A stretch of DNA of 64,000 bases from an uncultured Prevotellaceae bacterium (GTDB lineage Bacteria > Bacteroidota > Bacteroidia > Bacteroidales > Bacteroidaceae): the NCBI GenBank assembly GCA_900314985.1, contig OMXL01000004.1, positions 7,502 to 71,501 on the forward strand, in the 5' to 3' direction. Shown one piece after another: positions 18,211 to 27,158 of the stretch (its first letter is position 1; each line of letters begins with the position of its first letter). Position numbers and translations under genes: made by a program. A model generated the notes under the pieces. The model saw nothing but the letters and a program-made list of their open reading frames with translations. It did no database searches and had not been told where the DNA came from.

Positions 18211-19668
18211 ATGACAATGATTGCTATCGTTTTATGCTATTTTGCCCTGTTGTTTGCCATTAGCCGATGGACTGGCAGACGAGCAACCAATCAGACTTTT
18301 TACCGTGCTGACCGTCAGTCACCATGGTATTTGGTGGCTATTGGTATGGTGGGCGCCTCTATCTCTGGAGTTACCTTCGTATCAGTGCCTGGTATGGTGA
18401 ATAGTATCGGTATGACGTATCTGCAGACGTGTATGGGCTTCATCGTTGGATATGTAGTCATTGCCTTTGTGCTCTTGCCACTCTATTACCGCTTGAATCT
18501 GACCACTATCTATAGCTATCTGGGACAGCGAATTGGTCAGCGTGCCTATAAGACGGGCGCGTCATTCTTCCTATTGTCTAAAATGACGGGCGCTGCTGTT
18601 CGCTTCTATGTGGTGTGTTGGATATTGATGGAATGCGGCTTGTCACCTTCGGCAGGGAAAGACGCTGGCAGTATGTGGTATAACGACTTACTCTTTGTCA
18701 TTGTGGTTGTCGTCATGATGCTACTCATCTGGCTCTACACCCGACAGGGAGGCATCAAGACACTGGTATGGACCGATGTGCTACAGACTGTTTGCCTCTT
18801 TGGTACTCTTCTCCTTATTATATATAAGGTGGTGGACGATCTGGATATGACGATGGGTGATGCTGCATCGGTTATCTACCATAGTGAACTGTCGCGTGTC
18901 TTTGTGATGGACGACTGGTTTTCCAAGCAGTATTTCTGGAAACAGTTCTTGAGTGGTGCATTTATCGCCATCGTGATGACTGGTTTGGATCAGGATATGA
19001 TGCAGAAAAACCTGACGTGCCGTTCACTGCGCGACGCACAGAAGGATATGTGTACTTATGGCGTAGCCTTTCTGCCAGCAAACCTGTTGTTCCTGTCATT
19101 GGGCGTATTACTCACGCTGTGGTATCAGCAACAAGGCCTGGCATTGCCGGTAAAGGGTGACGATTTATTGCCTCAGTTCATTTCTCTCACCTCTCACCTC
19201 TCACCCCTCACTTCTATTGTATTTATACTGGGCATGGTGGCTGCTGCTTTCTCCAGTGCAGATTCGGCACTGACAGCTTTGACAACGAGCTATTGTGTGG
19301 ATATCTGTGGACGACCTGACGATGAGCGTTTACGCCGTAGGGCGCATATTGCTATGGCTGGCATTTTTGTGGTGTTCATCCTGCTGTTTAGGATACTTAA
19401 TTCCACCAGTGTGATCGATGCCATCTATATTCTCTGCTCCTATACTTACGGTCCGCTGTTAGGATTGTTTGCCTTCGGACTGTTGACAAAGCGTAAAACC
19501 AACGACCGTTTGGTGCCATACATCTGTCTGGCATCACCTGTCATCTGTTATCTGCTGGATATATGCGTAGGACAACTGAGTGGCTACCGCTTCGGCTATG
19601 AACTGCTGATGCTGAATGGCCTCCTGACCTTCCTCGGTCTTTGGCTGTCTGTTAAACGAAAAAGCTAA
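18211..19668 (+). CDS. Sodium:solute symporter family protein
   Basis: Multiple TM helices; GMVGASISGVTFVSVPG, GLDQDMMQKNL, SSADSALTALTT. Start placed after the TACCTTTG promoter at 18194. Confidence 0.92.
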   Translation: MTMIAIVLCYFALLFAISRWTGRRATNQTFYRADRQSPWYLVAIGMVGASISGVTFVSVPGMVNSIGMTYLQTCMGFIVGYVVIAFVLLPLYYRLNLTTIYSYLGQRIGQRAYKTGASFFLLSKMTGAAVRFYVVCWILMECGLSPSAGKDAGSMWYNDLLFVIVVVVMMLLIWLYTRQGGIKTLVWTDVLQTVCLFGTLLLIIYKVVDDLDMTMGDAASVIYHSELSRVFVMDDWFSKQYFWKQFLSGAFIAIVMTGLDQDMMQKNLTCRSLRDAQKDMCTYGVAFLPANLLFLSLGVLLTLWYQQQGLALPVKGDDLLPQFISLTSHLSPLTSIVFILGMVAAAFSSADSALTALTTSYCVDICGRPDDERLRRRAHIAMAGIFVVFILLFRILNSTSVIDAIYILCSYTYGPLLGLFAFGLLTKRKTNDRLVPYICLASPVICYLLDICVGQLSGYRFGYELLMLNGLLTFLGLWLSVKRKS

Positions 19669-19699
19669 AAGCCAATTGCCAATCGCTAATAGCCAATAG

Positions 19700-20707
19700 C
19701 TAATCCTCCCCTCTCAATTGTGAGAAATACTCTTTCGGTTGCGCTCCTGTGACTCGCTTGAAAGAGGTGGCAAAGTATTTGGGGTCTTTAAATCCAACCT
19801 GGTAGGCAATATCGCTGACACGTAGGTCTGGATTCTCCTTGGCTAACTTGCAAGCTGTCTTGATGCGAATGTCACGGACAAAGTTGCTGATGTTCTTACC
19901 TGTCAACTCACGAATTTTATTATATAAGGTGCTGACACTGCATCCCATATCGGAAGCAAATGTCTGACGGTCGTAGTCTGTCTCGCTGAGGTGCTCGTTG
20001 ACACAGCGGATGGCACGCTGCAGGAATTCTTGATCGACAGAGTGGGGGGCTTTCATGATTTCTCTTATGCTGTTGTTGCCCGCCTCGTAGTCAGTAGGGA
20101 TGTCTATAGTGGGTACATGCAACTCAATGTTTGAGGGAATGTGGAAAGCTGAGGAAGTGTCGCTTTCCAGCTGTTCAGTCTCATAGGCATCTTTCTTGAT
20201 GGGTAACTCAATGGTAATGGTGTTGCCCTGATGGTCATAGTATTCATTCCTGATGGTTCCACGGTGGTAGGTTACCAAATGCTGAACTATCAATAGCCCG
20301 GTACTACTTATCTGAGGCCCATTGTCACTGATGCGAATACTGATACTATCGTATTGCTGATTGGTATAGGCACTCATCGTGACCTTTCCACCTTGTTCCA
20401 GGCGTTTTGCCGTGTCAGATAGCAACAGAAGTAGTATTCTGTCTAACATTTCCATATCGAACCAGCCCATCATACTCTCTGGTTCGCATTTCAACTTGAA
20501 TTCTATACCTCTGTTTTCTACAAGGGCCTTGACGTGATGACTACCTCCTTTCAAAAATAGCATGATATCATTATTGCTGACATGCAGTCCCATCCATTCA
20601 GGCAACGGAAAATGCAGGCTCCGAGATGGCTGGTGTAGCTTTTGGTAGATGATAACACTTACCAAAGCGATGATAATGGCGATAAATATGATATGACTGC
20701 TAACCAT
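19700..20707 (-). CDS. AraC-family regulator with N-terminal TM helix and degenerate HATPase remnant
   Basis: C-terminal AraC HTH (FASDMGCSVSTLYNKIRELTG...VSDIAYQVGFKDPKYF); ISDNG and GLLIVQHLVTYHRGTI resemble HATPase boxes. Confidence 0.8.
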   Translation of the reverse strand: MVSSHIIFIAIIIALVSVIIYQKLHQPSRSLHFPLPEWMGLHVSNNDIMLFLKGGSHHVKALVENRGIEFKLKCEPESMMGWFDMEMLDRILLLLLSDTAKRLEQGGKVTMSAYTNQQYDSISIRISDNGPQISSTGLLIVQHLVTYHRGTIRNEYYDHQGNTITIELPIKKDAYETEQLESDTSSAFHIPSNIELHVPTIDIPTDYEAGNNSIREIMKAPHSVDQEFLQRAIRCVNEHLSETDYDRQTFASDMGCSVSTLYNKIRELTGKNISNFVRDIRIKTACKLAKENPDLRVSDIAYQVGFKDPKYFATSFKRVTGAQPKEYFSQLRGED

Positions 20708-20906
20708 TTTTGATTATTTACGGTAACAAAAGTACGACTTTTACTCTAAACTACCTACTTTTGACGGTTAAAAAGATGTTAAATGGGTGTATTTTAGTTT
20801 GAAAAACGTTATTAAAGGTAGAATATTCGTGTAAATAACGTTATTTGAACCATATTTAATGCAATCTAAACCTATATATAAAAAATATTAATTATCTTTG
20901 CAATGT

Positions 20907-21045
20907 CGATAAAGATTAGCGAATCTGTCGATAATAGAGTGTTTCGTACTCTAAGTCATAACAAGAGATTTTTAATGGTTAAGGTTTATGGTTGATTAAT
21001 TTAGTTTTTACAAGGAAAAGCCTCGCTGTGAAGCGGGGCTTTTCT
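20907..21045 (+). ncRNA. Candidate orphan small RNA
   Basis: TATCTTTG at 20893-20900 facing a region with no + strand ORF, a U/G-rich body, and a hairpin with GUGA tetraloop followed by a T-tract at 21016-21045. Confidence 0.45.
21016..21045. terminator. Intrinsic terminator (bidirectional-capable)
   Basis: AAAAGCCTCGCT-GTGA-AGCGGGGCTTTT. Confidence 0.85.
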
Positions 21046-21056
21046 GATTTTTGTCT

Positions 21057-21135
21057 CTCCCCTAAGTTAGGGGAGGTAAGGTGGGGTTTGAAGGAGCGTT
21101 TGTTCAGACCCCCTATGTCCCCCTAACTTAGGGGG
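21057..21135. repeat. Inverted pair of REP-like palindromes
   Basis: CTCCCCTAAGTTAGGGGAG...GGGGTTTGAA and inverted copy TTCAGACCCC...TCCCCCTAACTTAGGGGA, just past the trxB stop. Confidence 0.75.
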
Positions 21136-21136
21136 A

Positions 21137-22072
21137 TTATGAGTTCTCCAAAAAGAAGCGCTCTGCCTCGATGGCAGCCTGACAACCTGTACCTGCTGCA
21201 CTGATAGCCTGGCGGTAAACTGGGTCAGCGCAGTCGCCAGCAACAAAGACGCCTGGCAGCTTAGTGCGTGGTGTACCGTCAATCTTCTTCAGGTAGCCCA
21301 CTTCGTCAGTGTCCAGCCACTCCTTGAAGATGTCTGTATTAGGCTTGTGACCAATGGCTAGGAAGAATCCGTCAATCTGGATGTCTACCAGCTGCTCGTC
21401 GGCTTCGCCCTTACGCTTAACCAGGTGAGCACCTTCTACACCGTTCTCGCCAAACAGTCCGAGGGTATTGTGCTCAAAGAGTATCTCGATGTTCTCTGCA
21501 GCCATTACGCGATCTTGCATCACCTTAGAGGCGCGCAGGAAAGGCTTGCGGACAATGAGATATACCTTCTTAGCCAGTCCGCTCAAGTAGAGTGCGTCTT
21601 CACAGGCCGTGTCGCCACCACCTACTACTGCCACCGTCTTCTTGCGATAGAAGAATCCGTCGCAGGTAGCACAGGCAGAGACGCCTTGTCCGTTGTATTT
21701 GCGTTCATCGTCCAGTCCCAGATACTTGGCTGAGGCTCCTGTTGCGATGATAACGGTCTCGGCTTCTATCTCGTTGTTGTCTTCGTCCCAGAGGTGGTAG
21801 GGGCGACTGGAGAAGTCGACCTTCGTGATGCTACCGTCGCGGATGTCAGCACCGAAGCGTTCGGCCTGTTCGCGCAAGTCCATCATCATCTGGTTGCCGT
21901 CAACACCCTGCGGATAACCAGGGAAGTTCTCTACTTCGGTGGTCTGTGTCAGCTGGCCACCAGGCTGCATACCACTATATTCTACGGGCTTCAGATTGGC
22001 TCTGCTTGCGTAGATAGCGGCAGTGTACCCTGCAGGTCCACTGCCGATAATCAGACATTTTACGTGTTCCAT
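21137..22072 (-). CDS. trxB: Thioredoxin-disulfide reductase
   Basis: GSGPAGYTAA, GGQL, CATCDG redox motif, GGGDTA, GDCAD..YRQAISAAG.GC. Confidence 0.97.
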   Translation of the reverse strand: MEHVKCLIIGSGPAGYTAAIYASRANLKPVEYSGMQPGGQLTQTTEVENFPGYPQGVDGNQMMMDLREQAERFGADIRDGSITKVDFSSRPYHLWDEDNNEIEAETVIIATGASAKYLGLDDERKYNGQGVSACATCDGFFYRKKTVAVVGGGDTACEDALYLSGLAKKVYLIVRKPFLRASKVMQDRVMAAENIEILFEHNTLGLFGENGVEGAHLVKRKGEADEQLVDIQIDGFFLAIGHKPNTDIFKEWLDTDEVGYLKKIDGTPRTKLPGVFVAGDCADPVYRQAISAAGTGCQAAIEAERFFLENS

Positions 22073-22076
22073 CGTT

Positions 22077-22628
22077 TTATTTCAGCAGTTCTTCGATTTG
22101 CTTAGCGATATTCTCGATTTTCTCTGTCGGCTCGAAGCGAGCGACGACTTGTCCTTTCTTATTAATAAGGAATTTAGTGAAGTTCCACTTGATGTCGGCC
22201 TTCTCTTTGTAGTTGGGGTCAGCCTTGGTGAGCATGTCGTCCAGGATGTGGGCAATGGGGTGCTCCATGTCCCAGCCAGCAAAGCCTTTCTGTTCTTTCA
22301 GGAACTGGAACAGTGGGTCGGCATCGTCACCATTCACCTTTACCTTCTTGAAACGGGGAAATTCGGTGCCGAAGTTCAGTTTACAGAACTCGTGGATGCT
22401 CTCGTCAGTGCCAGGGGCCTGCTGACCAAACTGATTGCAAGGGAAGTCGAGAATCTCGAAGCCCTCTGCATGGTACTTCTTGTACAGGGTTTCCAGTTCG
22501 TCGTACTGTGGGGTAAAACCGCACTTGGTGGCGGTGTTGACGATTAGCAGTACTTCGTTTGCATACTCTTTCAGTGAGACATCTTTTCCTTTTCTGTCTT
22601 TGACAGTGTAGTCGTAAACGGTTTTCAT
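22077..22628 (-). CDS. gpx: Glutathione peroxidase family protein
   Basis: VNTATKCGFTPQY, FPCNQFG.Q.PG, IKWNFTKFL. Confidence 0.95.
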   Translation of the reverse strand: MKTVYDYTVKDRKGKDVSLKEYANEVLLIVNTATKCGFTPQYDELETLYKKYHAEGFEILDFPCNQFGQQAPGTDESIHEFCKLNFGTEFPRFKKVKVNGDDADPLFQFLKEQKGFAGWDMEHPIAHILDDMLTKADPNYKEKADIKWNFTKFLINKKGQVVARFEPTEKIENIAKQIEELLK

Positions 22629-22730
22629 TGTGTTGTTTGTTGTAATATTGATATAATAATTAAAGTCGTATCATTGCTTTGCAGCAAAGATACGACTTTT
22701 CTGTGGGAAAACCAAAGGTTTTACAATTTT

Positions 22731-23675
22731 TTATTGTTGCCACGTCCATTCTTTCTCCATCTGCGAATGTGCGATGTTCTCTACCTGGTTCTCGATATCG
22801 TCTGGTAGATTGCAGAAGAAGTCGATGCCGGTATTATTCTGGAGTGCCTGAATGGTAACGGCGTAGCTCTTGATACTAGATGATGTATAGCTGTCTTGGG
22901 GAATCCAGAAACCAGTAGCTTTGAAGCTGGTGCCCTTCTTGCCGAGTACTGCCATGAAGAAGTATTTGGGTACAGGAATTCTATTGTTGCCGCTACCAAG
23001 ATATTTAATAATCCATTCGCTCTTGTCGATAGTGCCGCCCTTGCAGACAAACAATGTGTCGAATTTTTTTGCCCATGTGCGTACCTGGTTCTCCATTTTT
23101 TCCCAAATGCCAGCGTTGAAATTGTGATTTTGTGGCTGCATATTGGTCATACAGAATGTTTGTCGATTAGCTTCTTCAGAGCATACTCGGTCTTGTGATG
23201 GACAGATGTGTCCATGGTCATATCCTGAGCCTTTATATGAATCTTTTGTAAACTGGTATTCTGTAGGTAGTTCAGGGTCGTTTGGATATTGGCCTGTTGC
23301 GTATGATAAAGTGTTGTCTACGTCGTGAGCCTTGTCATATCGTTGAACATATTGAGCATTCACATCGCTGTACATTTGGTAGCATGTCCAACGTTGTGCG
23401 TGCATCTCAGTATCCCATTCTACACTGAAATTTACGACAGTTTTGTTGTTGGTGAGTTTTGCGTTATGCACCACAACTACGCTTTTGCCCCCTTTCAGTG
23501 CAGGGAACTCAAGGTTGTACTTGGCAATTTCAGGACCTGATGATTGACGATCGTCAGGCTGTACGGGAGTGTCTTCACCCTTTTTGCCACCAATATTGTA
23601 CTCATTGCTGTCGTCTCCGCAAGCTACGAAGATCATGAGAAGTGCTGCTGATAGCAGTAAATGAAGCTTTTTCAT
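22731..23675 (-). CDS. Lipoprotein DNA/RNA non-specific endonuclease (beta-beta-alpha-Me, NUC family)
   Basis: Lipobox FVAC followed by acidic GDDSNE; YDHGHICPS active site, TNMQPQ..NFNAGIWEKME, IPVPKYFF. Confidence 0.9.
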   Translation of the reverse strand: MKKLHLLLSAALLMIFVACGDDSNEYNIGGKKGEDTPVQPDDRQSSGPEIAKYNLEFPALKGGKSVVVVHNAKLTNNKTVVNFSVEWDTEMHAQRWTCYQMYSDVNAQYVQRYDKAHDVDNTLSYATGQYPNDPELPTEYQFTKDSYKGSGYDHGHICPSQDRVCSEEANRQTFCMTNMQPQNHNFNAGIWEKMENQVRTWAKKFDTLFVCKGGTIDKSEWIIKYLGSGNNRIPVPKYFFMAVLGKKGTSFKATGFWIPQDSYTSSSIKSYAVTIQALQNNTGIDFFCNLPDDIENQVENIAHSQMEKEWTWQQ

Positions 23676-23828
23676 AGTGTCGGATTTTTTAGTCTTATTA
23701 GTTAGTTGTTTTGTATGTTTCTGTTTTGAATGGTAAAGGTGCCCACAAGGCATATGCAACTACCCTGTACGCACCTTCAATGTCTTGTTCAGCGTGAAAT
23801 ATCTTATTGTTTCACAACCAAACCTCTC

Positions 23829-24083
23829 TTACTTCTTGGCTGCCTTACCGTAGCGGCTCATGAACTTGTCGACGCGACCAGCGGTGTCGACGAGCTTGCT
23901 CTTACCGGTATAGAACGGGTGAGAAGTGCTCGAAATTTCAATCTTTACCACAGGGTAAGTTTCGCCTTCGAACTCTACAGTGTCGTTAGTCTTAGCGGTA
24001 GAGCGCGAGAGGAACATATCGCCGTTGGACATGTCCTTAAACACGACGGGGCGATAGTTTTCTGGATGAATACCTTTTTTCAT
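23829..24083 (-). CDS. rpmE2: 50S ribosomal protein L31 type B
   Basis: [17 protein letters not shown]...[11 protein letters not shown]...DTAGRVDKF. Confidence 0.97.
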   Translation of the reverse strand: MKKGIHPENYRPVVFKDMSNGDMFLSRSTAKTNDTVEFEGETYPVVKIEISSTSHPFYTGKSKLVDTAGRVDKFMSRYGKAAKK

Positions 24084-24134
24084 TTTACTTGTTAATTAAT
24101 ATCTGTTATTTAATATAAGTGCATATTGCGGCTG

Positions 24135-24142
24135 CAAAGGTA
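24135..24142 (-). promoter_or_regulatory. Bacteroidota -7 promoter element for rpmE2
   Basis: TACCTTTG on the minus strand (TAnnTTTG consensus). Confidence 0.75.
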
Positions 24143-24256
24143 CAAAGAATTTTTGAACTACGCAAATGTTTTTGAGCTTTATTTTCTTTTTTGTATTAAA
24201 GATAGGTACGTGGCGCGGGTGTACCTGGGTTTGCGATTAATGCCGTCGATGCTGTA

Positions 24257-24433
24257 ACAGCTGTTCTCGTTCATGAGACAGCTGTTCCCGAACATGAGAT
24301 AGCTGTAGCCAGCAGCGAGACAGCTGTATATGCGGAAAAGTCGTAGGACTTTCTGGAAAGTGGTACGACTTTTCCAAAAGTGGTACCACTTTCTGATGGG
24401 AACAGCCAATACATGGCTGTGTACAGCTGTCTC
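24257..24433. repeat. Composite palindromic repeat cassette (21-bp and 20-bp periods)
   Basis: ACAGCTGT-core 21-mers at 24257, 24278, 24299 and 24320, plus a further core at ~24422-24433. Three 20-bp hairpin units at 24335-24394, including the perfect palindrome AAAGTGGTACCACTTT. Confidence 0.8.
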
Positions 24434-24564
24434 GTTACCGTATTAGCCACTCCCGTATGTGGGATAGTCACTCTTTTCAGTATATTAGTCATTTTTTGGG
24501 GGATGCATTAATAATGATCGCGTGCGGGTGTACCGTGCGCGCGCGAGTTCGTTTCAAAAAATAT

Positions 24565-24775
24565 CCTTCACCTTCACCAGCAAGGCCGGAAATGCCGTGT
24601 ACAAAGGCTTTCCGCCCATCAGTACCCGAAATGCGCTTTCAAATTACCTTCACCCATCCTTCACCTTCTGCATTGGTGAAGGTTCGATGAAGGTTCCACA
24701 TACCTTCGCGCTCGCGGGAAATGCCCGCGAACCTTTATTTATAGAGCATTTTGGCATTAGCGGTGAAGGTGAAGG
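24565..24775. repeat. ~210-bp element with terminal inverted repeats and central hairpin (MITE-like)
   Basis: CCTTCACCTTCACC at 24565-24578 and GGTGAAGGTGAAGG at 24762-24775; internal ACCTTCA..CCTTCACC / GGTGAAGG..TGAAGGT at ~24646-24694. Confidence 0.7.
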
Positions 24776-25203
24776 TTATTTTTTGTGTTGCAAGGTGATG
24801 GCTTCCACCAGGCTCGTGAGCAGCCCCCTTTGAATCCTGCCACAACCTGCCCCAGATGCTTGCCGTCTGGCAAGTCCTCTTTTACTCTCACTATCATGTG
24901 GATGTGGTCGGGCATGATGCAGACTTTCCAGATCTCTATCATTTTATAGAAGTGCGGAATCTTCTTTATCTCCTCGTTGTAGATGGCCTTTCCGAGTTCT
25001 GTCAATTCTACGTGAGCTCCCTGTTGTTGTGTGGGCATAATCAATCTCCCCAGTACAGGCAACCTGCCATCAACCACCAATGTCAGCATGTAGGTGCCTT
25101 TGCGGTGATAGTCATGCCATGGCTTACGGCGCTTCATGTTATGTCGCGCCTCTTCGACTTTTACACCAGCCGCAATCGCTTCTTCTCTATTTCTGGACAT
25201 TAT
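24757..25203 (-). pseudogene. Truncated Y1/HUH transposase (IS200/RAYT-like)
   Basis: R..WHDY....TYMLTL N-terminus and CIMPDHIHMI HUH motif. The ORF runs into the inverted-repeat element and stops with no recognisable downstream catalytic Tyr helix. Confidence 0.75.
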
Positions 25204-25275
25204 GGTTAGAAAATAGTTTTCCGTACAAAGATACACATTTCCCTCCAGTATTCCAAACTATTGCAATGTTTTTGC

Positions 25276-25313
25276 AAAAAAAAACGGCTGCACGCCAGAG
25301 TAGGGTGCAGCCG
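25276..25313 (-). terminator. Intrinsic terminator (paralogous to 27725-27760)
   Basis: Minus strand CGGCTGCAC...GTGCAGCCG followed by a T-run. Confidence 0.85.
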
Positions 25314-25337
25314 ATTGATATAAGTTTGCTCGATGAC

Positions 25338-27158
25338 TTATTTCTTTGTCAGTGTGGCATCGTCAACGATAACATCCTCACCAGATGAGTAGTTACTAGA
25401 TTTTGGATTCATCACAATCAGGCATACGGTCGTTTCTGCATCCAGCGTGAAGTCATAACTTATCTGCTGCCATCCTGCACTTAATGTAGTATAGTCTCCA
25501 TAAGTGTAGTTGCCTACTGCCCCATCAACTACAGGAACATAACCGGGACGAACCTGGGCTATGTTTTCAGAAGTTGGTTTTACCCAGAATGAGAAGTTGT
25601 AAGAACCAGCAGCCAGTTTGATTTCCTGACTGGCAAGGCGCTTGTTAGCGGTTGTATTTCCCTTTACGATGCATGCATAGTTGCCACCGTGAGCATCTGT
25701 GCTCTGTTCCAGCGTTGCTGAGCTGGCTGTAGAAGCAGATTTCCAACCAGTAGGAAGATTGTTAGCCCATGTCTCGAAGTTACCGTTGGTTAGAGAGGTT
25801 GCAGCTTCACCACCGCCACCACCTTCTTCACCGTCAAGCTGAGGAGCCTGACCATTTACGCTGATAAGAGTTCCTGAGTTCTGTGCCGTTTCTGGTGTGT
25901 TACCGTTGTAGTTCATCAGTTTACCGCTAACAATGACTGTAGCACCTTTAGGAATCTTATATCCTTCCTTGAGAGCTTGGCCATCAGCACCCTTTACGCG
26001 GTATGCCTTAAATTTCTCAGAAGCTCCCTCGGTATCAACCATGTCAAATGTCGCATTTTTGTAGCTGTCAACAGTATATTCTGCATTAACAATACCCTTA
26101 ACGTAGAAAACCTCTGTGGTTGCAGTTGTTCCAGCTTCTTTACACTTTGCAACTGCAGCTGCTACGTTAAATGGATCAGCCTGTGTGCCTGTACCTGCAG
26201 GGATAATAGTCTGTCCACCGCCACCTCCTTGACCACTTTCTGCTGTTGCTCCATTCAGTGAGTAGATGTAGGCTTGTTTGTTTGCGGTTTCTGGCGTATT
26301 CCCGTTGTAGTTGATGACCTTGCCACATAGAATGACATTGTCACCTATGGCTATCTGTGTGTTGCCATCTTCCCATGCTTTATTGCCCAAATAGTAGCAA
26401 CCATATGCCATAAACTGCTTGTCACTTTCAGTACCGTCGTCAGTGATGTTAAAAGTGGCAGTACCATACTGAGCACTGAAGGTGTATCTGATGCTGCTGA
26501 TTTTTCCCTTGATATAATAGACTTCCTCTGATGTGACGCCACCTTCCATAGCAGCCACGATGTTGTATGCCTGTGAGGCAGTAAGTGGATTGGTTGCAGT
26601 TCCTGTAGAGCCAGTCTCACCGCCAGTTCCACCACCTTCTGTCTGGCCGTTAATGGAAACAATGCATGCCTGACCTTGTACTGTCTCTGGGGTTGTCCCT
26701 CTATAGTAAACAACCTTACCACGGACAACAACCTTGTCACCTACGTTGACGTTGAGAGCTGTTGCATCGCTGTACATCTCATTGCCAAAATATAAGCCGC
26801 GGTAGAAAGTCAGAGTTGTCATGCTATACTCTGTGTCGGCCATCGTAAATTGAGCGTTGCCATATTGCACATTGAAAGCTTCTCTTACAGTTCTGACATA
26901 GCCGGTAATGAAGAGTTCGTTTTCCGATGGTGTGTCTGCACCCAAACCTTTGATGTATTCTACTGCAGCAGCTACATTGAACGGATCGGCTTCTGTTCCT
27001 GACCCTTTCAGCTCGTCTTGTATAAAAGAAATTTGCCTGATTGTGCTGATGTCAAAAATTGCAGTCTCGCCATTACTGCCCTCAACAACCATATATTCCT
27101 GTGCAAACAACAGGGTTGTGCAGAATAATGCTACTATGGTAAATAAATATTTTTTCAT
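25338..27158 (-). CDS. Secreted protein with 3 putative OB-fold repeat modules + C-terminal CBM4/9-like beta-sandwich
   Basis: SPI signal; three G.GT..DP(F/L).V/A...PET modules; C-terminal NGNFETW...VDDATLTKK domain shared with 27784-29589. Confidence 0.75.
   Translation of the reverse strand: MKKYLFTIVALFCTTLLFAQEYMVVEGSNGETAIFDISTIRQISFIQDELKGSGTEADPFNVAAAVEYIKGLGADTPSENELFITGYVRTVREAFNVQYGNAQFTMADTEYSMTTLTFYRGLYFGNEMYSDATALNVNVGDKVVVRGKVVYYRGTTPETVQGQACIVSINGQTEGGGTGGETGSTGTATNPLTASQAYNIVAAMEGGVTSEEVYYIKGKISSIRYTFSAQYGTATFNITDDGTESDKQFMAYGCYYLGNKAWEDGNTQIAIGDNVILCGKVINYNGNTPETANKQAYIYSLNGATAESGQGGGGGQTIIPAGTGTQADPFNVAAAVAKCKEAGTTATTEVFYVKGIVNAEYTVDSYKNATFDMVDTEGASEKFKAYRVKGADGQALKEGYKIPKGATVIVSGKLMNYNGNTPETAQNSGTLISVNGQAPQLDGEEGGGGGEAATSLTNGNFETWANNLPTGWKSASTASSATLEQSTDAHGGNYACIVKGNTTANKRLASQEIKLAAGSYNFSFWVKPTSENIAQVRPGYVPVVDGAVGNYTYGDYTTLSAGWQQISYDFTLDAETTVCLIVMNPKSSNYSSGEDVIVDDATLTKK

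Noticed and set aside
23829-24083. Zn-free L31 as a sign of zinc-starvation ribosome remodelling
   Set aside because: The type B form is the usual L31 in Bacteroidota, and no Zur-like context is seen.
24257-24394. Possible CRISPR or tRNA
   Set aside because: The units are adjacent 20-21-mers without spacers; no cloverleaf, T-loop or CCA pattern is visible.
24179-24833. Small ORFs of 73-103 aa in the repeat patch
   Set aside because: They overlap palindromic repeats, have no motifs and lack typical start contexts.
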